Shown piece after piece: positions 48,832 to 59,706 of a stretch of DNA of 64,000 nt. Position 1 is the stretch's first letter. Each line of letters begins with the position of its first letter. Both the position numbers and the translations under genes were made by a program. The notes under the pieces are model-generated. The model saw only the letters and a program-made list of their open reading frames with translations, was not told where the DNA came from and searched no databases. This DNA is from Candidatus Latescibacterota bacterium (GTDB taxonomy: Bacteria; Latescibacterota; UBA2968; UBA8231): positions 800,001-864,000 of the forward strand of contig OY730476.1 of the NCBI GenBank assembly GCA_963422735.1, given 5' to 3'.

Positions 48832-50091
48832 ATGAATATCGCAGATCTAAAAGGCCAGAAGGTCATGCTAGCCGCGTCCGGTGGCCTCGATAGCTGTACC
48901 ATCACCCATTGGCTTCAATCCCAAGGCCTAGAAGTAGTCGCCTATACCGCCAATCTGGGCCAGCCCGACGAGGAGCACATCGAAGACATACAGAGCCGGA
49001 TGCAGGCCTGTGGAGCCTCTGAGACGATCCTCGACGACCGCAGAGAGGCTATTTGCCAGACCGGTATCCAACTCGTCCAAGCTCAAGCCCGCTACGAGGG
49101 GGGGTATTGGAACACCACCGGCATCGCCCGGCACGTGACGGTGGCTGGCATGTTGCCCCACATGCAGGAGCGCGGCATCCAAGTGATGGCGCACGGGGCC
49201 ACCGGGCGGGGCAATGACCAAGCCCGCTTCCAACTGGCGGCACAGATGCTCGCGCCGCACATCGAGGTGTACGCTCCTTGGCGCGACCCAGCCTTCTTGC
49301 AAAACTTTGGCGGGCGCAGCGAAATGATCGCTTACTGCCAGGGGCACGGCCTGCCCATAACCGCCACCCCAGACAAGCCCTACTCCACAGATGCCAACAT
49401 GCTCGGGCTGACGCACGAAGCCGGCCAGCTCGAAGCCTTAGACACCGCGGCCAGCCTAATCGCACCCGGCATGGGCTGTTTCCCGCAACAGGCCCCAGAT
49501 ACAGCAGAGGTTTTTACCGTGCGCTTTGAACGAGGCGTTCCGGTTGCCATCAACGGCCGTGCCGTCGGCCCGGTTGCAGCCATCGAGCAAAGCAACGCCA
49601 TTGCCGGGCGGCACGGGGTTGGCATTGGCTTACACGCGGTGGAAAACCGCTTCGTTGGCATCAAGTCGCGCGGTATCTATGAGGCACCGGCCCTAGAACT
49701 GCTCGGCCAGTGCTACGATTACTTGCTCCAGCTCATTCTCGACCGCCGTGCACGGCGGATTTACGCCGTTGTCTCCGGGTTTATTGCCGAGCAAATCTAC
49801 CAAGGCTATTGGTTTGACACGGCGACCCAAGCGAGCTGGAAGGTCATCGAGCATTTTAATCAACTGGCGACCGGGACCCTCTCTGTATCGCTCTATAAAG
49901 GCCAAGTCGCCTTTTGCGCGGCCAGCGACGCCCCCCACTCGCTCTACAGCGAGGACACCGCCTCCATGGAGGCCATCGGCGATTTCGACCACCGCGACTC
50001 CGAGGGCTTCCTCGGCGTCTTGGGCGTCAGTGCCCGCGCACTTCATCAGGCCGGGCAGATTGCGCAACCCAGTGGCGATATAGAGGCTTAA
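48832..50091 (+). CDS. argG: Argininosuccinate synthase
   Basis: ASGGLDS, HGATGRGNDQARF, YSTDANMLG, ENRFVGIKSRGIYEAP. Confidence 0.95.
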   Translation: MNIADLKGQKVMLAASGGLDSCTITHWLQSQGLEVVAYTANLGQPDEEHIEDIQSRMQACGASETILDDRREAICQTGIQLVQAQARYEGGYWNTTGIARHVTVAGMLPHMQERGIQVMAHGATGRGNDQARFQLAAQMLAPHIEVYAPWRDPAFLQNFGGRSEMIAYCQGHGLPITATPDKPYSTDANMLGLTHEAGQLEALDTAASLIAPGMGCFPQQAPDTAEVFTVRFERGVPVAINGRAVGPVAAIEQSNAIAGRHGVGIGLHAVENRFVGIKSRGIYEAPALELLGQCYDYLLQLILDRRARRIYAVVSGFIAEQIYQGYWFDTATQASWKVIEHFNQLATGTLSVSLYKGQVAFCAASDAPHSLYSEDTASMEAIGDFDHRDSEGFLGVLGVSARALHQAGQIAQPSGDIEA

Positions 50092-50896
50092 CGGCCGCGG
50101 GCAACCGGTCAAAGACTTCTCGATCGACCGGCACCATCTCGTAGTTTTTGCCTCCGGTCTCCACCACCATAGCCTCGTGCTCGGGCCGACCGATGAGCGT
50201 GGGGTTTAGGTTCAGCCACCACGGAGCGTAGCGCACGATGAGGGCGACGCGATCGCTTTCACTCCGGTTGGGGGCCACAGCGTGCCAGAGCCGGCTGTCG
50301 TACACCAAGACGCTGCCGGCCGCCCCTTCGATTTGGCACTCAGTCGGATAGGGCGCATCCTTTTCCATTCCGGGCATATCCCCAGCCGCGGGATTGCGCG
50401 GCCAACGATGACTGCCCGGCACCACGAAGGTCCCCCCCGTCTCAGCGGTAAACGGCGTCAGCATCCAGAGGGTTGAAAGGTGCAGAACCGCATCTGGATA
50501 AGGGGCGGGGATGTGCGAGGCGTTGGTTGCGTTGTAAGGCCAGTCAGCGTGCCAATAGCCCCGTGCATTACCTCGGTGATTGACCACGCAGTCGGTACAG
50601 GAAATCCGCGCCCAAGCCCCGAAAAAAGACTCGACCACATCTAGAAGCCGGCGGTCGGCCAAATGCGGAGCAAAGGATTGCACCTGATTGATGACTTGTC
50701 TGAGCTGGGCTACGCCCGGGTTGCCAATCCGGTGACCACGGCGGCGAATTGCAGCCAACTTGGCTTCGGAACGACGGCGATTGCGCTCGACTGCGGCCGC
50801 CAACTCGGCGCATATTTCCCCGATCGCAGCCGCGGGAATCACTTGCTCGATAACGCAAAAGCCGTCTCGCTCAATGCGCTGTTGATAGATATCCAC
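50027..50896 (-). CDS. Phytanoyl-CoA dioxygenase family protein
   Basis: WHAD, GTFVVPGSH, DSRLWH, R motif. Confidence 0.88.
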   Translation of the reverse strand: MDIYQQRIERDGFCVIEQVIPAAAIGEICAELAAAVERNRRRSEAKLAAIRRRGHRIGNPGVAQLRQVINQVQSFAPHLADRRLLDVVESFFGAWARISCTDCVVNHRGNARGYWHADWPYNATNASHIPAPYPDAVLHLSTLWMLTPFTAETGGTFVVPGSHRWPRNPAAGDMPGMEKDAPYPTECQIEGAAGSVLVYDSRLWHAVAPNRSESDRVALIVRYAPWWLNLNPTLIGRPEHEAMVVETGGKNYEMVPVDREVFDRLPAAVKPLYRHWVAQSARPDEVRGH

Positions 50897-50897
50897 T

Positions 50898-51797
50898 TCA
50901 TCCCCGCAAGAGCGGCGCGACGCCGGACCAAATGATTTCCAACTCGGTCAGCGCGTCGCCGTCGAGGACGGGCACGGGTGCCCGGCAGACCGCCGAGCGG
51001 ATCAACCCGCGCTTTTGCAAAATCCACTTGTAGATCGCAAGCCCGTAGAGCCGCTCGTAGTTCAAAAGCGGCAGGAGCTGATAAAAGCGCACCCGCGCCG
51101 TCGCCTCGTCGCCTGCTTCGAGGGCATCCCAAATCGCCGCCATGGCGTCGGTCACGTGACAGCCCGGCATATTGCCGCAAGCACCGCGCCGATATTCGTC
51201 GAGCAAATAGACCCCCCCTTTGCCACCCAATACGCCCTTGCAGGCCGCGCCCGCCAGCACCAGCGTGCGGCTGACCTGCCAAGGCTCGGGGACGGTCTCT
51301 TCCTTGATGTAATCGACACCCGCCAGCTCGCGACACATCCGCCCCAACAGCTCGCCGCTCATGGGCGTACCGACCGGCGCGTCGAAATTCTGCACGCAGA
51401 TTGGGATCTCGACTGCGTCTGCCAACTGCTGGTAAAAGGCGTAGCAGCCTTCTTGGTCAACGCGCAATACGTGCGGCGGCATGGACATGATCCCGTCGGC
51501 CCCCACAGCTTGGGCAAACTGAGCGAGGGCCACGGCTGGCACGGCATGGCCTGAGGTGACTGAGGCCACTACGGGTACTCGGCCAGCGGCCGCGGCGACG
51601 ACGATCTCGATCCAGCGGCGGCGTTCCTCGTCGGAAAGGGTCGAAAATTCGCTGGCATTGGCCGGCCCCACCAAGCCCGTGGCACCCGCTTCAATACTGA
51701 AGGCGACCAAGTCCTGCAAGGCCGCTTCATCCAGCGAGTAGCTATCGGTAAAGGGGGTCACTACAATCGGCATAATTCCGCGCCACGTTTCAGTCAT
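50898..51797 (-). CDS. Dihydrodipicolinate synthase (DapA/NAL) family protein
   Basis: VTPF, ANASEF..LSDEER, MPP, YIKEE Schiff-base Lys. Confidence 0.88.
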   Translation of the reverse strand: MTETWRGIMPIVVTPFTDSYSLDEAALQDLVAFSIEAGATGLVGPANASEFSTLSDEERRRWIEIVVAAAAGRVPVVASVTSGHAVPAVALAQFAQAVGADGIMSMPPHVLRVDQEGCYAFYQQLADAVEIPICVQNFDAPVGTPMSGELLGRMCRELAGVDYIKEETVPEPWQVSRTLVLAGAACKGVLGGKGGVYLLDEYRRGACGNMPGCHVTDAMAAIWDALEAGDEATARVRFYQLLPLLNYERLYGLAIYKWILQKRGLIRSAVCRAPVPVLDGDALTELEIIWSGVAPLLRG

Positions 51798-52449
51798 GGC
51801 TATCTCCTTTTAGGCCCAGCAAAGCGGCCACTGCAAAAAGCCCATCCACCACAGCGCATTCCCCCTGTTCCAACCGACGCCGACTCTGGTGACCGGAAGG
51901 TAACAGGACGCAATGGACACCGAGCGCAGCGGCTACCTCAATGTCGTGTAGGGTATCGCCGACGAGCAAGACTTCGTCGCTTCGGCAGTTGAGGTCCGCA
52001 AGGTGCTGATGGCCGCGCTCGATTTTCCCCTCTCCCAAGCCATTGTCCACCCCGGCGACTGCGGCAAAGTGGGACCGCAACCCGTAGTGGGCGACCATTT
52101 CTTCGAGGGACACCTGGTCGTAGGCCGATAAGAGGGATTGTCCGACCCCGTTGCGGCTCAGTGCGACCAGCACTTCGCACACTCCCTCGCGCAAACGGCA
52201 CTCGCGGCGGCGCTGGCTGTAGCGGACGTTGAACTCGCCGCCCATGGCCGCAAAGTCCTCGCGCTCTAGGTCAAAACCTACGCGCTGGTAGTAGGTGTGC
52301 AGGGGAAAATCGAAGACCTCACTGTACTCGCGCAGATTGGTCGGCGCGAGCCCTCGGCGCACCAACAACTCGTTGACGATCTCGACGCACAGCCAAGCAT
52401 CGTCCACCAAGGTGCCGTTCCAGTCCCAAATTACGTGGTGCGGCTTCAT
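51790..52449 (-). CDS. HAD family hydrolase
   Basis: WDWNGTL, LLSA, GK, VGDTLHD. Confidence 0.9.
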   Translation of the reverse strand: MKPHHVIWDWNGTLVDDAWLCVEIVNELLVRRGLAPTNLREYSEVFDFPLHTYYQRVGFDLEREDFAAMGGEFNVRYSQRRRECRLREGVCEVLVALSRNGVGQSLLSAYDQVSLEEMVAHYGLRSHFAAVAGVDNGLGEGKIERGHQHLADLNCRSDEVLLVGDTLHDIEVAAALGVHCVLLPSGHQSRRRLEQGECAVVDGLFAVAALLGLKGDSHD

Positions 52450-52466
52450 AAATAGCGTTCGTAAAC

Positions 52467-53210
52467 TTACTCTTTGTAGGCGACTACGCGCAGACGCCAG
52501 TAGTCGGCACACCAGACTCCATCGCCGTACAATGCCGGGCGGACAGCGTCCTCCACTGCGGCCAACAACTCTTCGCGCATCGACGGGGAAATGCCCTCTG
52601 TAAGCGCATCGGCGAACATCTCCATCCAGCCGCGCAACCCGTTCTCTCCCTCTAGGGGCGTTGGACGCGGAAAGTGGCTAGCATAGGCAACGCGCAGCCC
52701 GGCTTGCTCCACGAGCCGCACGTACTCCCCCAAACTGGGAAAATACCAAGGCATTTGCGGATAAAGACCCCGCGCGGCCAATTGGTCGATCAGCCCCCGG
52801 CTGATGATTGCCACGTTCCGCGCACCGCCCAGTTCGGCGACAAAACGCCCGCCCTGCCCTAGACAGGCGGCAATACACACAAGTGCCTCTTCCGGCGGCT
52901 TGACCCAGTGCAGGGCTGCGTTGGAAAAGACTGCATCGAACGGCTCGGTAAAGGAAAAATCCCTCGCATCGCCGACGACAAAAGACAGGTCCGGGAACTG
53001 CTCGCGGGCGGCCTCGACCATCTCAGCCGACAAGTCGATGCCAACAACCTCAGTCCCGGCCGCAGCAATCTGAGCACTCAGTTGACCGGTGCCGCATCCC
53101 AAGTCGAGGACGCGTTCCCCGGCTTGGGGGGCCAAGACCTCCACCAAGTCGGCACCTGCGGCAGTGACATAGTGGTGTTTGGCTTGGTAGCGCTTGGGGT
53201 GCTGGAACAT
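52467..53210 (-). CDS. Class I SAM-dependent methyltransferase
   Basis: LDLGCGTG, FDAVFSNAALHW. Confidence 0.9.
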   Translation of the reverse strand: MFQHPKRYQAKHHYVTAAGADLVEVLAPQAGERVLDLGCGTGQLSAQIAAAGTEVVGIDLSAEMVEAAREQFPDLSFVVGDARDFSFTEPFDAVFSNAALHWVKPPEEALVCIAACLGQGGRFVAELGGARNVAIISRGLIDQLAARGLYPQMPWYFPSLGEYVRLVEQAGLRVAYASHFPRPTPLEGENGLRGWMEMFADALTEGISPSMREELLAAVEDAVRPALYGDGVWCADYWRLRVVAYKE

Positions 53211-53211
53211 A

Positions 53212-54201
53212 TTAGCCCAAGAGGTCGGCGATAACTGCGCGCTCCTCCTTGAGCTCGTCTTCGGTGGCCTTTATCTTCGCCCGAGCGAAGTCGCTCAGTT
53301 CCAAGCCCTGCACGATATCCCAGTGGCCTTGGCCGTTGCTGAGAATGGGAAAGGAGAACAGCAACCCCTCTTCAATCCCATAGCTGCCGTCCGAATAGAC
53401 ACCAGCCGAGAAAAAGTCGCCTATAGGCGTGGCACTCTCAACACTGACGATGTGGTCGAGCGCGGCATTGGCAGCCGACGCGGCCGATGACAAGCCGCGG
53501 GCGTCGATGACGGCCGCACCCCGCTGCTGGACGATTTGGATGAAGTCCTCGCGCAGCCAAGCGTGGTGGCCTATGACGTCGGATGCCGGACGCCCCTCAA
53601 TGTGCGCGTTCTCGGCATCCGGGTACTGCGTGGCACTGTGGTTGCCCCAGATGGCCATATTGGTCACCGCCGCGACCTTGACACCGGCCTTGTTGGCGAG
53701 CTGGGCTTGGGCGCGGTTTTGATCCAGCCGGGTCATGGCGTGGAAGCGGTCGCGGGGAATGCCGGCCTTATGGCCGTGGCTCATGGCAATCAAGCCATTG
53801 GTATTGGCCGGATTGCCCACCACCAAGACCCGCACATCGGCGGCGGCCCGGGCGAGAGCCTGACCTTGACCGACGAATATCGGGCCGTTTTCACGAATTA
53901 AATCGCCCCGCTCCATACCGGGACCGCGCGGCTTCGAGCCAATCAGCAGCCCCCAATTGATCCCGTCAAAGGCCACTTCAGCTTGGTCGGTGATCACGAT
54001 ATCGTCGAGAAGCGGAAAGGCGCAGTCGTCGAGCTCCATAACCACGCCTTCGAGGGCTTTGAGTGCCGGAGTAATCTCCAGCAAGTGCAGCGAAACCCGG
54101 ACGTCGCGGCCGAAAACCTCGCCCGAGGCTAAACGCGGCAATATAGCGTAGCCGATCTGGCCAGCGGCCCCAGTGACAGCTACTTTCACAGTGCGTACCA
54201 T
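53212..54201 (-). CDS. mdh: Malate dehydrogenase
   Basis: [42 protein letters not shown]. Confidence 0.96.
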   Translation of the reverse strand: MVRTVKVAVTGAAGQIGYAILPRLASGEVFGRDVRVSLHLLEITPALKALEGVVMELDDCAFPLLDDIVITDQAEVAFDGINWGLLIGSKPRGPGMERGDLIRENGPIFVGQGQALARAAADVRVLVVGNPANTNGLIAMSHGHKAGIPRDRFHAMTRLDQNRAQAQLANKAGVKVAAVTNMAIWGNHSATQYPDAENAHIEGRPASDVIGHHAWLREDFIQIVQQRGAAVIDARGLSSAASAANAALDHIVSVESATPIGDFFSAGVYSDGSYGIEEGLLFSFPILSNGQGHWDIVQGLELSDFARAKIKATEDELKEERAVIADLLG

Positions 54202-54362
54202 GTATTCCTCCTAAAGGCAGTGTCGTGTTTATAACAGAGAAAATCTGCCAAAAAAATTCGCTTTGTGCAATGCAAGGCCCAGCCATTGACCCCACCTTGG
54301 CCCGCTGGTTATTCTACGGCTTCGCTTCCAACACACTGCCTACGGGCGAAAGGACAGCCATT

Positions 54363-55523
54363 ATGAGCGGCTACTTCGATCTCATCATCCAAGGGGGGCA
54401 CCTGATCGACCCTAAAAACGACCTCGACGGCCCAGCCGATATTGCCATCAAGGACGGACTAGTCTCTGCGGTTGCCGACCGAATCGAGTGCAGCTCAGCA
54501 AAGGTTATCGACGTGTCCGGCCTCTATGTAACCCCGGGCTTGATCGATATCCACGTCCACGTCTATGGGGGGTATCGAGGCTGGCTCTTTCCCGACCAGC
54601 ACGCCCTGCCCTACGGCGTGACCACCGTAGTAGATACAGGAGGTGCTGGATGGAAGGATTTTGCCGACTTCAAGCACTCCATCATTGACCCCGCTCAGAC
54701 CCGCGTCTTGGCCTTTGTCAATATCGTCGGTGCCGGCATGATCGGCCCTCCCGAACAAGACATCAGCGAGATGGACCCCGTGCTCTGCGCCGCGGCGGTC
54801 GAGCAATACCGCGAGCACGTCGTCGGCACCAAGTCGGCCCACTTCGGCGGCCCGGGTTGGGAGTCGGCTGGTGGAGCGATCGAGGCGGCTCGACAGAGCG
54901 GTTCCATAGCCATGATTGACTTTGCCCCCCAGCCCACTCGCTCGTACGAGGAATTACTCGAACGCATGAGTCGAGGGGACATCCACACGCACCTCTACGC
55001 CGCCCATATCCCCCTGCTCGACGCCGACAAAAAAGTCGCAGACTACGTGCGCCAAGCCCGACAGCGCGGCATCGTCTTTGACACAGGCCACGGCAGCGGC
55101 TCCTTCTGGTTTCGCATTGCCGTGCCCGCCATGGCCCAAAACTTCCCCCCGGATACCATCAGCACGGACCTACACAAGGCCAGTCGCATGCTGCCCAACG
55201 CCACTATGCCCATAACTATGTCCAAATTCCTGAACCTCGGCATGTCCCTCCAAGAGGTTGTCTATCGCTCGACGCACATACCGGCCGAGGTAATCAGGTG
55301 CCCACAGCTAGGACACCTCAGTGTCGGGGCCGAAGCCGACCTAGCGGCTTTCGCACTGCACGAAGGAGATTTTGCCTTCGTCGATTCGGGCCGGGCGCGC
55401 CTGCGGGGCCGACAAAAACTCGAATGCGAGCTAACGCTGAGAGCAGGCCAAGTCGTCTGGGACCTAAACGGCCGTAGCCTAGCGGATTGGGACAAGGCCG
55501 GCGAATACCGCCACCTCGCTTGA
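54363..55523 (+). CDS. Amidohydrolase/deacetylase family metallohydrolase (dihydroorotase-like)
   Basis: PGLIDIHVH, GVTTVVD, THLY, DTGHGSGSF, ISTDLH. Confidence 0.88.
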   Translation: MSGYFDLIIQGGHLIDPKNDLDGPADIAIKDGLVSAVADRIECSSAKVIDVSGLYVTPGLIDIHVHVYGGYRGWLFPDQHALPYGVTTVVDTGGAGWKDFADFKHSIIDPAQTRVLAFVNIVGAGMIGPPEQDISEMDPVLCAAAVEQYREHVVGTKSAHFGGPGWESAGGAIEAARQSGSIAMIDFAPQPTRSYEELLERMSRGDIHTHLYAAHIPLLDADKKVADYVRQARQRGIVFDTGHGSGSFWFRIAVPAMAQNFPPDTISTDLHKASRMLPNATMPITMSKFLNLGMSLQEVVYRSTHIPAEVIRCPQLGHLSVGAEADLAAFALHEGDFAFVDSGRARLRGRQKLECELTLRAGQVVWDLNGRSLADWDKAGEYRHLA

Positions 55524-55557
55524 GACATGGCTGCCTGCAAATGCCCTTGCAAACGAC

Positions 55558-55586
55558 TTGACGCGGCACTGCTCCTTATGTATAAT
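55558..55586 (+). promoter_or_regulatory. Near-consensus sigma-70 promoter
   Basis: TTGACG-N17-TATAAT about 100 nt upstream of the sigma factor gene. Confidence 0.75.
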
Positions 55587-55685
55587 CAATTAGTTTCGCT
55601 TATAACTATGCTACGCTTACCATTTGCACCGAGAGATTTCGGTGCTGTGGTGTGGGGATAAGACCTGCAAAGGATGAGATGCTCT

Positions 55686-56534
55686 ATGCAGAATCTGCAC
55701 GATGAGGAAAACACCCTGCGGCTCTATTTCGACGATATTGCTGAGTCCACGCCCCTTTCGAGAGAACGCGAAGTAGAACTGGCTGATCGCATCAAAAATG
55801 GCGATATGCATGCCCGCGAAGAAATGATCAGCGCCAATTTGAGATTTGTCGTCGATGTTGCCAAGAAGTACCAAAACCGCGGATTATCTCTGTCCGACCT
55901 GATTAGTGCCGGCAATCTCGGCCTCATCACGGCGGCCGACCGCTTCGACGGCACCAAGGGCTACAAGTTCATTTCATACGCAGTTTGGTGGATTCGCCAG
56001 TCCATTCTCCAAACCCTCGCCGAGCACGTGCGCACCGTGCGCCTTCCTCTCAACAAAGTCAGTTTGCTCAAAGATATTTCCAAAGCCTCGCGCAAACTGG
56101 GCCAACATCGCGCCAGTGAGCCTGACATAGAGGAAATCGCCGCTGAACTAGAAGTCCCAGCCGAAGAGGTTCTAGAGACCATCCTCAGTGCCCGCGCCGT
56201 GTGTTCACTCGACGAGTCCTTCACTGACGACGACGAGCGCAGCCTGCTCAACACCTTGGCCGACAACACGGCCGCTGCCCCGGACGCCCACATCTTGAGC
56301 GAATCGGCACGGGAGCAGCTCGAGACGGCCTTGGAAACCCTCGAAGAGCGCGAATTGCGCATTATCAGGCTCTATTTTGGTCTCGACGGCAACGAGGCTC
56401 TGACACTTGAGGAAATCGGCGACATGATGAACCTCACGCGCGAGCGTATCCGCCAGCTCAAAGAGCGGGCGCTCAGCAAGCTGCGCCATCCTTCGCGGCA
56501 CCAAGTGCTTAAAACGCTGGCTAGCGGCACCTGA
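55686..56534 (+). CDS. RNA polymerase sigma factor, RpoD/SigA family (lacks region 1.1)
   Basis: ANLRFVV, GYKFISYAVWWIRQSI, TLEEIG..MNLTRERIRQLK..ALSKLRHPSR. Confidence 0.92.
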   Translation: MQNLHDEENTLRLYFDDIAESTPLSREREVELADRIKNGDMHAREEMISANLRFVVDVAKKYQNRGLSLSDLISAGNLGLITAADRFDGTKGYKFISYAVWWIRQSILQTLAEHVRTVRLPLNKVSLLKDISKASRKLGQHRASEPDIEEIAAELEVPAEEVLETILSARAVCSLDESFTDDDERSLLNTLADNTAAAPDAHILSESAREQLETALETLEERELRIIRLYFGLDGNEALTLEEIGDMMNLTRERIRQLKERALSKLRHPSRHQVLKTLASGT

Positions 56535-56542
56535 AATTTGCC

Positions 56543-56628
56543 GGGGGGATACCGAAGTGGTCAAACGGGGCAGACTGTAAATCTGTTGGCTTATGCCTTC
56601 GCAGGTTCAAATCCTGCTCCCCCCACCA
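56543..56628 (+). tRNA. trnY: tRNA-Tyr (anticodon GTA)
   Basis: GGGGGGA acceptor stem, CTGTAAA anticodon loop, long variable arm, GGTTCAAATCC, encoded CCA. Confidence 0.96.
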
Positions 56629-56631
56629 CTG

Positions 56632-56667
56632 AAAAGGCCGTTCCTTTTAGGAACGGCCTTTTATTTT
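56632..56667. terminator. Bidirectional intrinsic terminator
   Basis: aaaaggccgttcct-ttt-aggaacggcctttt-atttt. Confidence 0.85.
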
Positions 56668-56672
56668 ACGTT

Positions 56673-57806
56673 CTATTGTCCCTCTTCCACGACCCGGTTT
56701 AGCTCCAAGCTCAGGACGTCAGCCAGCAAAAACCCCGCCCGAGTCAAACGCAATCTCTGGCCTTCGAGCACGGCGTATCCAACTTCCGCCAAGTCGGCAA
56801 AACGCTTGCTGCTCTGCACGCGACCGACCTCCTCCTCAGTCAATTCAATCCCCTCTGTGGTACGCAAACCCAGCCATAGACGTTCCCTGCGGGCCGCGTC
56901 TGGGGCTATGGTCTCCTCCCCTACACAGGGCGACCGACCTTGGTCCATAGCGTCGAGATAGGCATTGAGATCACGTGTATTCCAAAATCGCTTCCCACCG
57001 ATGAAGCTATGGGCCCCGAGCCCAATACCTAAGTAAGGAACACCCGTCCAGTAGCCCCAGTTGTGGCGCGAGCGGTACCCAAGACGGGCATAATTTGAAA
57101 TCTCGTAGTGTTCATAGCCAGCCGCCACCAACCGAGCGTCGGTCCATTCCAAGGTGCGAGCCTGCCTGTCGTTCTCGACGGGTTCCAGCAGGCCCTGACG
57201 CTGTCGTTGGGCGAAGATCGTACCTTCTTCAATGGTGAGGCTATAGACAGAAAGGTGCTCTGGAGCCAAAGCGATAGCCCGCTCGACGCTAAAGTGCCAA
57301 TTGGCCTCTGAGACTCTAGGTACATTGGCCACCAAATCCAAGCTCACATTGGCAAAGCCGGCCGCTCTAGCCGCTACATACGCCCTTTCGACATCAACTG
57401 CGCTATGCTGCCGGCCTAAGTGCCGCAAATCGGCATCTCGAAAAGCCTGCGCGCCAATGCTTATGCGGTTGCACCCCAGAGCCTTGAGCATTGCAAATTT
57501 ATCGCGGTCAACGGTTTTAGGGTTGACTTCAACCGCAATTTCCGCGTCCGGGTGTAGCCCCAAATGCCGCTGAGCTGCCTCGAGCATCTGCCCAATTAGC
57601 GCCGGCTCGACTTGGCTGGGGGTGCCCCCGCCAAAGAACACAGTCTCCACCGGCCCCGACAAATGAGCCCAAGACTCAATCTCGCGGCATATCGCCCCAG
57701 CATATAGGCCGTGGCGATCCTCCTGGCCAACGACCGTAGCAAAGGCGCAGTAGGGGCAGCGTTGGGGGCAAAACGGTACGTGGATATAGAAGCCCAACGC
57801 CATCAT
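56673..57806 (-). CDS. hemW: Radical SAM heme chaperone HemW
   Basis: YIHVPFCPQRCPYCAF, GGGTPS, HLSVYSL, YEISN, HN..YW. Confidence 0.9.
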   Translation of the reverse strand: MMALGFYIHVPFCPQRCPYCAFATVVGQEDRHGLYAGAICREIESWAHLSGPVETVFFGGGTPSQVEPALIGQMLEAAQRHLGLHPDAEIAVEVNPKTVDRDKFAMLKALGCNRISIGAQAFRDADLRHLGRQHSAVDVERAYVAARAAGFANVSLDLVANVPRVSEANWHFSVERAIALAPEHLSVYSLTIEEGTIFAQRQRQGLLEPVENDRQARTLEWTDARLVAAGYEHYEISNYARLGYRSRHNWGYWTGVPYLGIGLGAHSFIGGKRFWNTRDLNAYLDAMDQGRSPCVGEETIAPDAARRERLWLGLRTTEGIELTEEEVGRVQSSKRFADLAEVGYAVLEGQRLRLTRAGFLLADVLSLELNRVVEEGQ

Positions 57807-57862
57807 TTACTTTTTCGGGATTAGGGAACGCAGGACCGGTGAGTACGCCTCTTGCTCATAAA

Positions 57863-59659
57863 TCAGGCTTCCATCTTGAGCGCGGCCAAAAACGCTTCTT
57901 GGGGAATTTCTACCTTCCCAAACTGCTTCATGCGCTTCTTGCCTTCCTTCTGCCTTTCGAGCAATTTGCGTTTGCGGGTCACATCGCCGCCGTAGCACTT
58001 GGCCGTCACATTTTTGCGGAACGGCTTGACCACTTCGCGGGCGATCACCTTACTCCCCACCGCACCTTGGATTACCACCTCAAACATCTGCCGCGGGATC
58101 AACTCCTTGAGCTTAGCGCATAGCTGCCGGCCCCATTCATAGGCCTTGTCGCGATGGATGATCACGGAAAGCGCGTCCAGTGGCTCGCCATTGATCCTGA
58201 TGTCTAGCCTAGACAGTAGACCGGCCCGCATCTCCAGATGCTCGTAATCGAATGACGCATAGCCCCGCGATACCGACTTGAGGCGATCATAGAAGTCGAT
58301 CACCACTTCGGCCAAAGGCATCTCAAAGCTCAGGATAGCTCGGCTACCGTCGAGATACTCGGTATTGCGGTAGTTCCCGCGCCGGTCAGTGCAGATTCTC
58401 ATCACTGCGCCGATATAATCCCTCGGCACCAAGATCTGGACGGCGAGAATCGGCTCGCGCACTTCGTCGATCTCAGCGGCAGGCGGCAACAAAGAGGGAT
58501 TATCCACGTCGATCAGTTGTCCGTCCTTGGTTAAAATCTCGTAGAGCACATTGGGGAGGGTCGTGATAATTTCGACTTGGTACTCGCGGTCGAGGCGCTC
58601 CTGTACGATCTCCATGTGCAGCAGGCCTAGGAAGCCACAGCGAAAACCAAAACCCAACGCTGGGGAGGTCTCCGGCTCATAGGAGAACGCGGCGTCGTTG
58701 AGCTTGAGCCGCTCTAAGGCGTCGCGTAGTACCTCATAGTCCTCCGGGACAAGGGGATAAAGGCCGCTGAAAACCATGGGTTTGAGCGGTTGGTACCCAG
58801 GCAACGGCTCTACTTCCGCCGCTGCTTCAACGACCGTGTCACCGACGTGAGCCTCGGCCAGCTCTTTGATCCCAGCGATGAAATAGCCGACTTCACCGGT
58901 CTCAAGTGCTTGAGCCGGTACCCGGTTTAAGACCAAGTGGCCAACCTCTTCGACTTCGTAGAGCCGTCCGGTGGAGTAGAAGCGAATTTTCTGCCCCTTG
59001 TGGATGCGCCCATCAACGACTCGGATAAAGCAGATTACACCTCGGTACTGGTCGTAGAGCGAGTCAAAAACCAAGCCCCGCAACGGCCCCTGCTGACGCC
59101 CGGTCGGCGGTGGTATGCGGTCGACAATGGCTTCCATCACCTCTTCGACCCCAATCCCCTCCTTGGCACTGATTTGCAAAATATCCTCGGCTTCACCCCC
59201 TAGCAGGTCGAGCACCTGTTGCTGCACCGCTGCGACCTGAGCAGCGGGCATGTCGATTTTGTTGAGCACCGGGACGACGATCAAGTCGCTGTTTAGCGCC
59301 AACAACAAATTACTTACGGTCTGGGCTTCCACGCCCTGTGTGGCATCGACTACCAATATCGCCCCTTCGCAGGCGGCCAAACTACGCGACACCTCATAGG
59401 TAAAATCCACGTGTCCCGGCGTGTCGATCAAGTTGAATTGGCAGATTCTACCGTCGGTCGCTTGGTAGTGCATTCGCACGGCATGGGCCTTGATTGTAAT
59501 GCCCCGCTCGCGCTCTAAATCCATGTTGTCGAGTACCTGCTCCTGCATCTGCTTGGCTGTCAGGGTCGCAGTTTTTTCAAGTAGGCGATCCGCCAGCGTT
59601 GATTTGCCGTGATCAATGTGGGCAATGATGGAGAAATTGCGAATCTGCGTGATACCCAT
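57863..59659 (-). CDS. lepA: Translation elongation factor 4
   Basis: AHIDHGKST, DTPGHVDF, NKID, KCYGGDVTRKRKLLERQKEGK. Confidence 0.98.
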   Translation of the reverse strand: MGITQIRNFSIIAHIDHGKSTLADRLLEKTATLTAKQMQEQVLDNMDLERERGITIKAHAVRMHYQATDGRICQFNLIDTPGHVDFTYEVSRSLAACEGAILVVDATQGVEAQTVSNLLLALNSDLIVVPVLNKIDMPAAQVAAVQQQVLDLLGGEAEDILQISAKEGIGVEEVMEAIVDRIPPPTGRQQGPLRGLVFDSLYDQYRGVICFIRVVDGRIHKGQKIRFYSTGRLYEVEEVGHLVLNRVPAQALETGEVGYFIAGIKELAEAHVGDTVVEAAAEVEPLPGYQPLKPMVFSGLYPLVPEDYEVLRDALERLKLNDAAFSYEPETSPALGFGFRCGFLGLLHMEIVQERLDREYQVEIITTLPNVLYEILTKDGQLIDVDNPSLLPPAAEIDEVREPILAVQILVPRDYIGAVMRICTDRRGNYRNTEYLDGSRAILSFEMPLAEVVIDFYDRLKSVSRGYASFDYEHLEMRAGLLSRLDIRINGEPLDALSVIIHRDKAYEWGRQLCAKLKELIPRQMFEVVIQGAVGSKVIAREVVKPFRKNVTAKCYGGDVTRKRKLLERQKEGKKRMKQFGKVEIPQEAFLAALKMEA

Positions 59660-59706
59660 ACAGTTGAGTTAGTCGGTAAGGTTAGTGAGAAGGACTCGGC
59701 AAGCAG

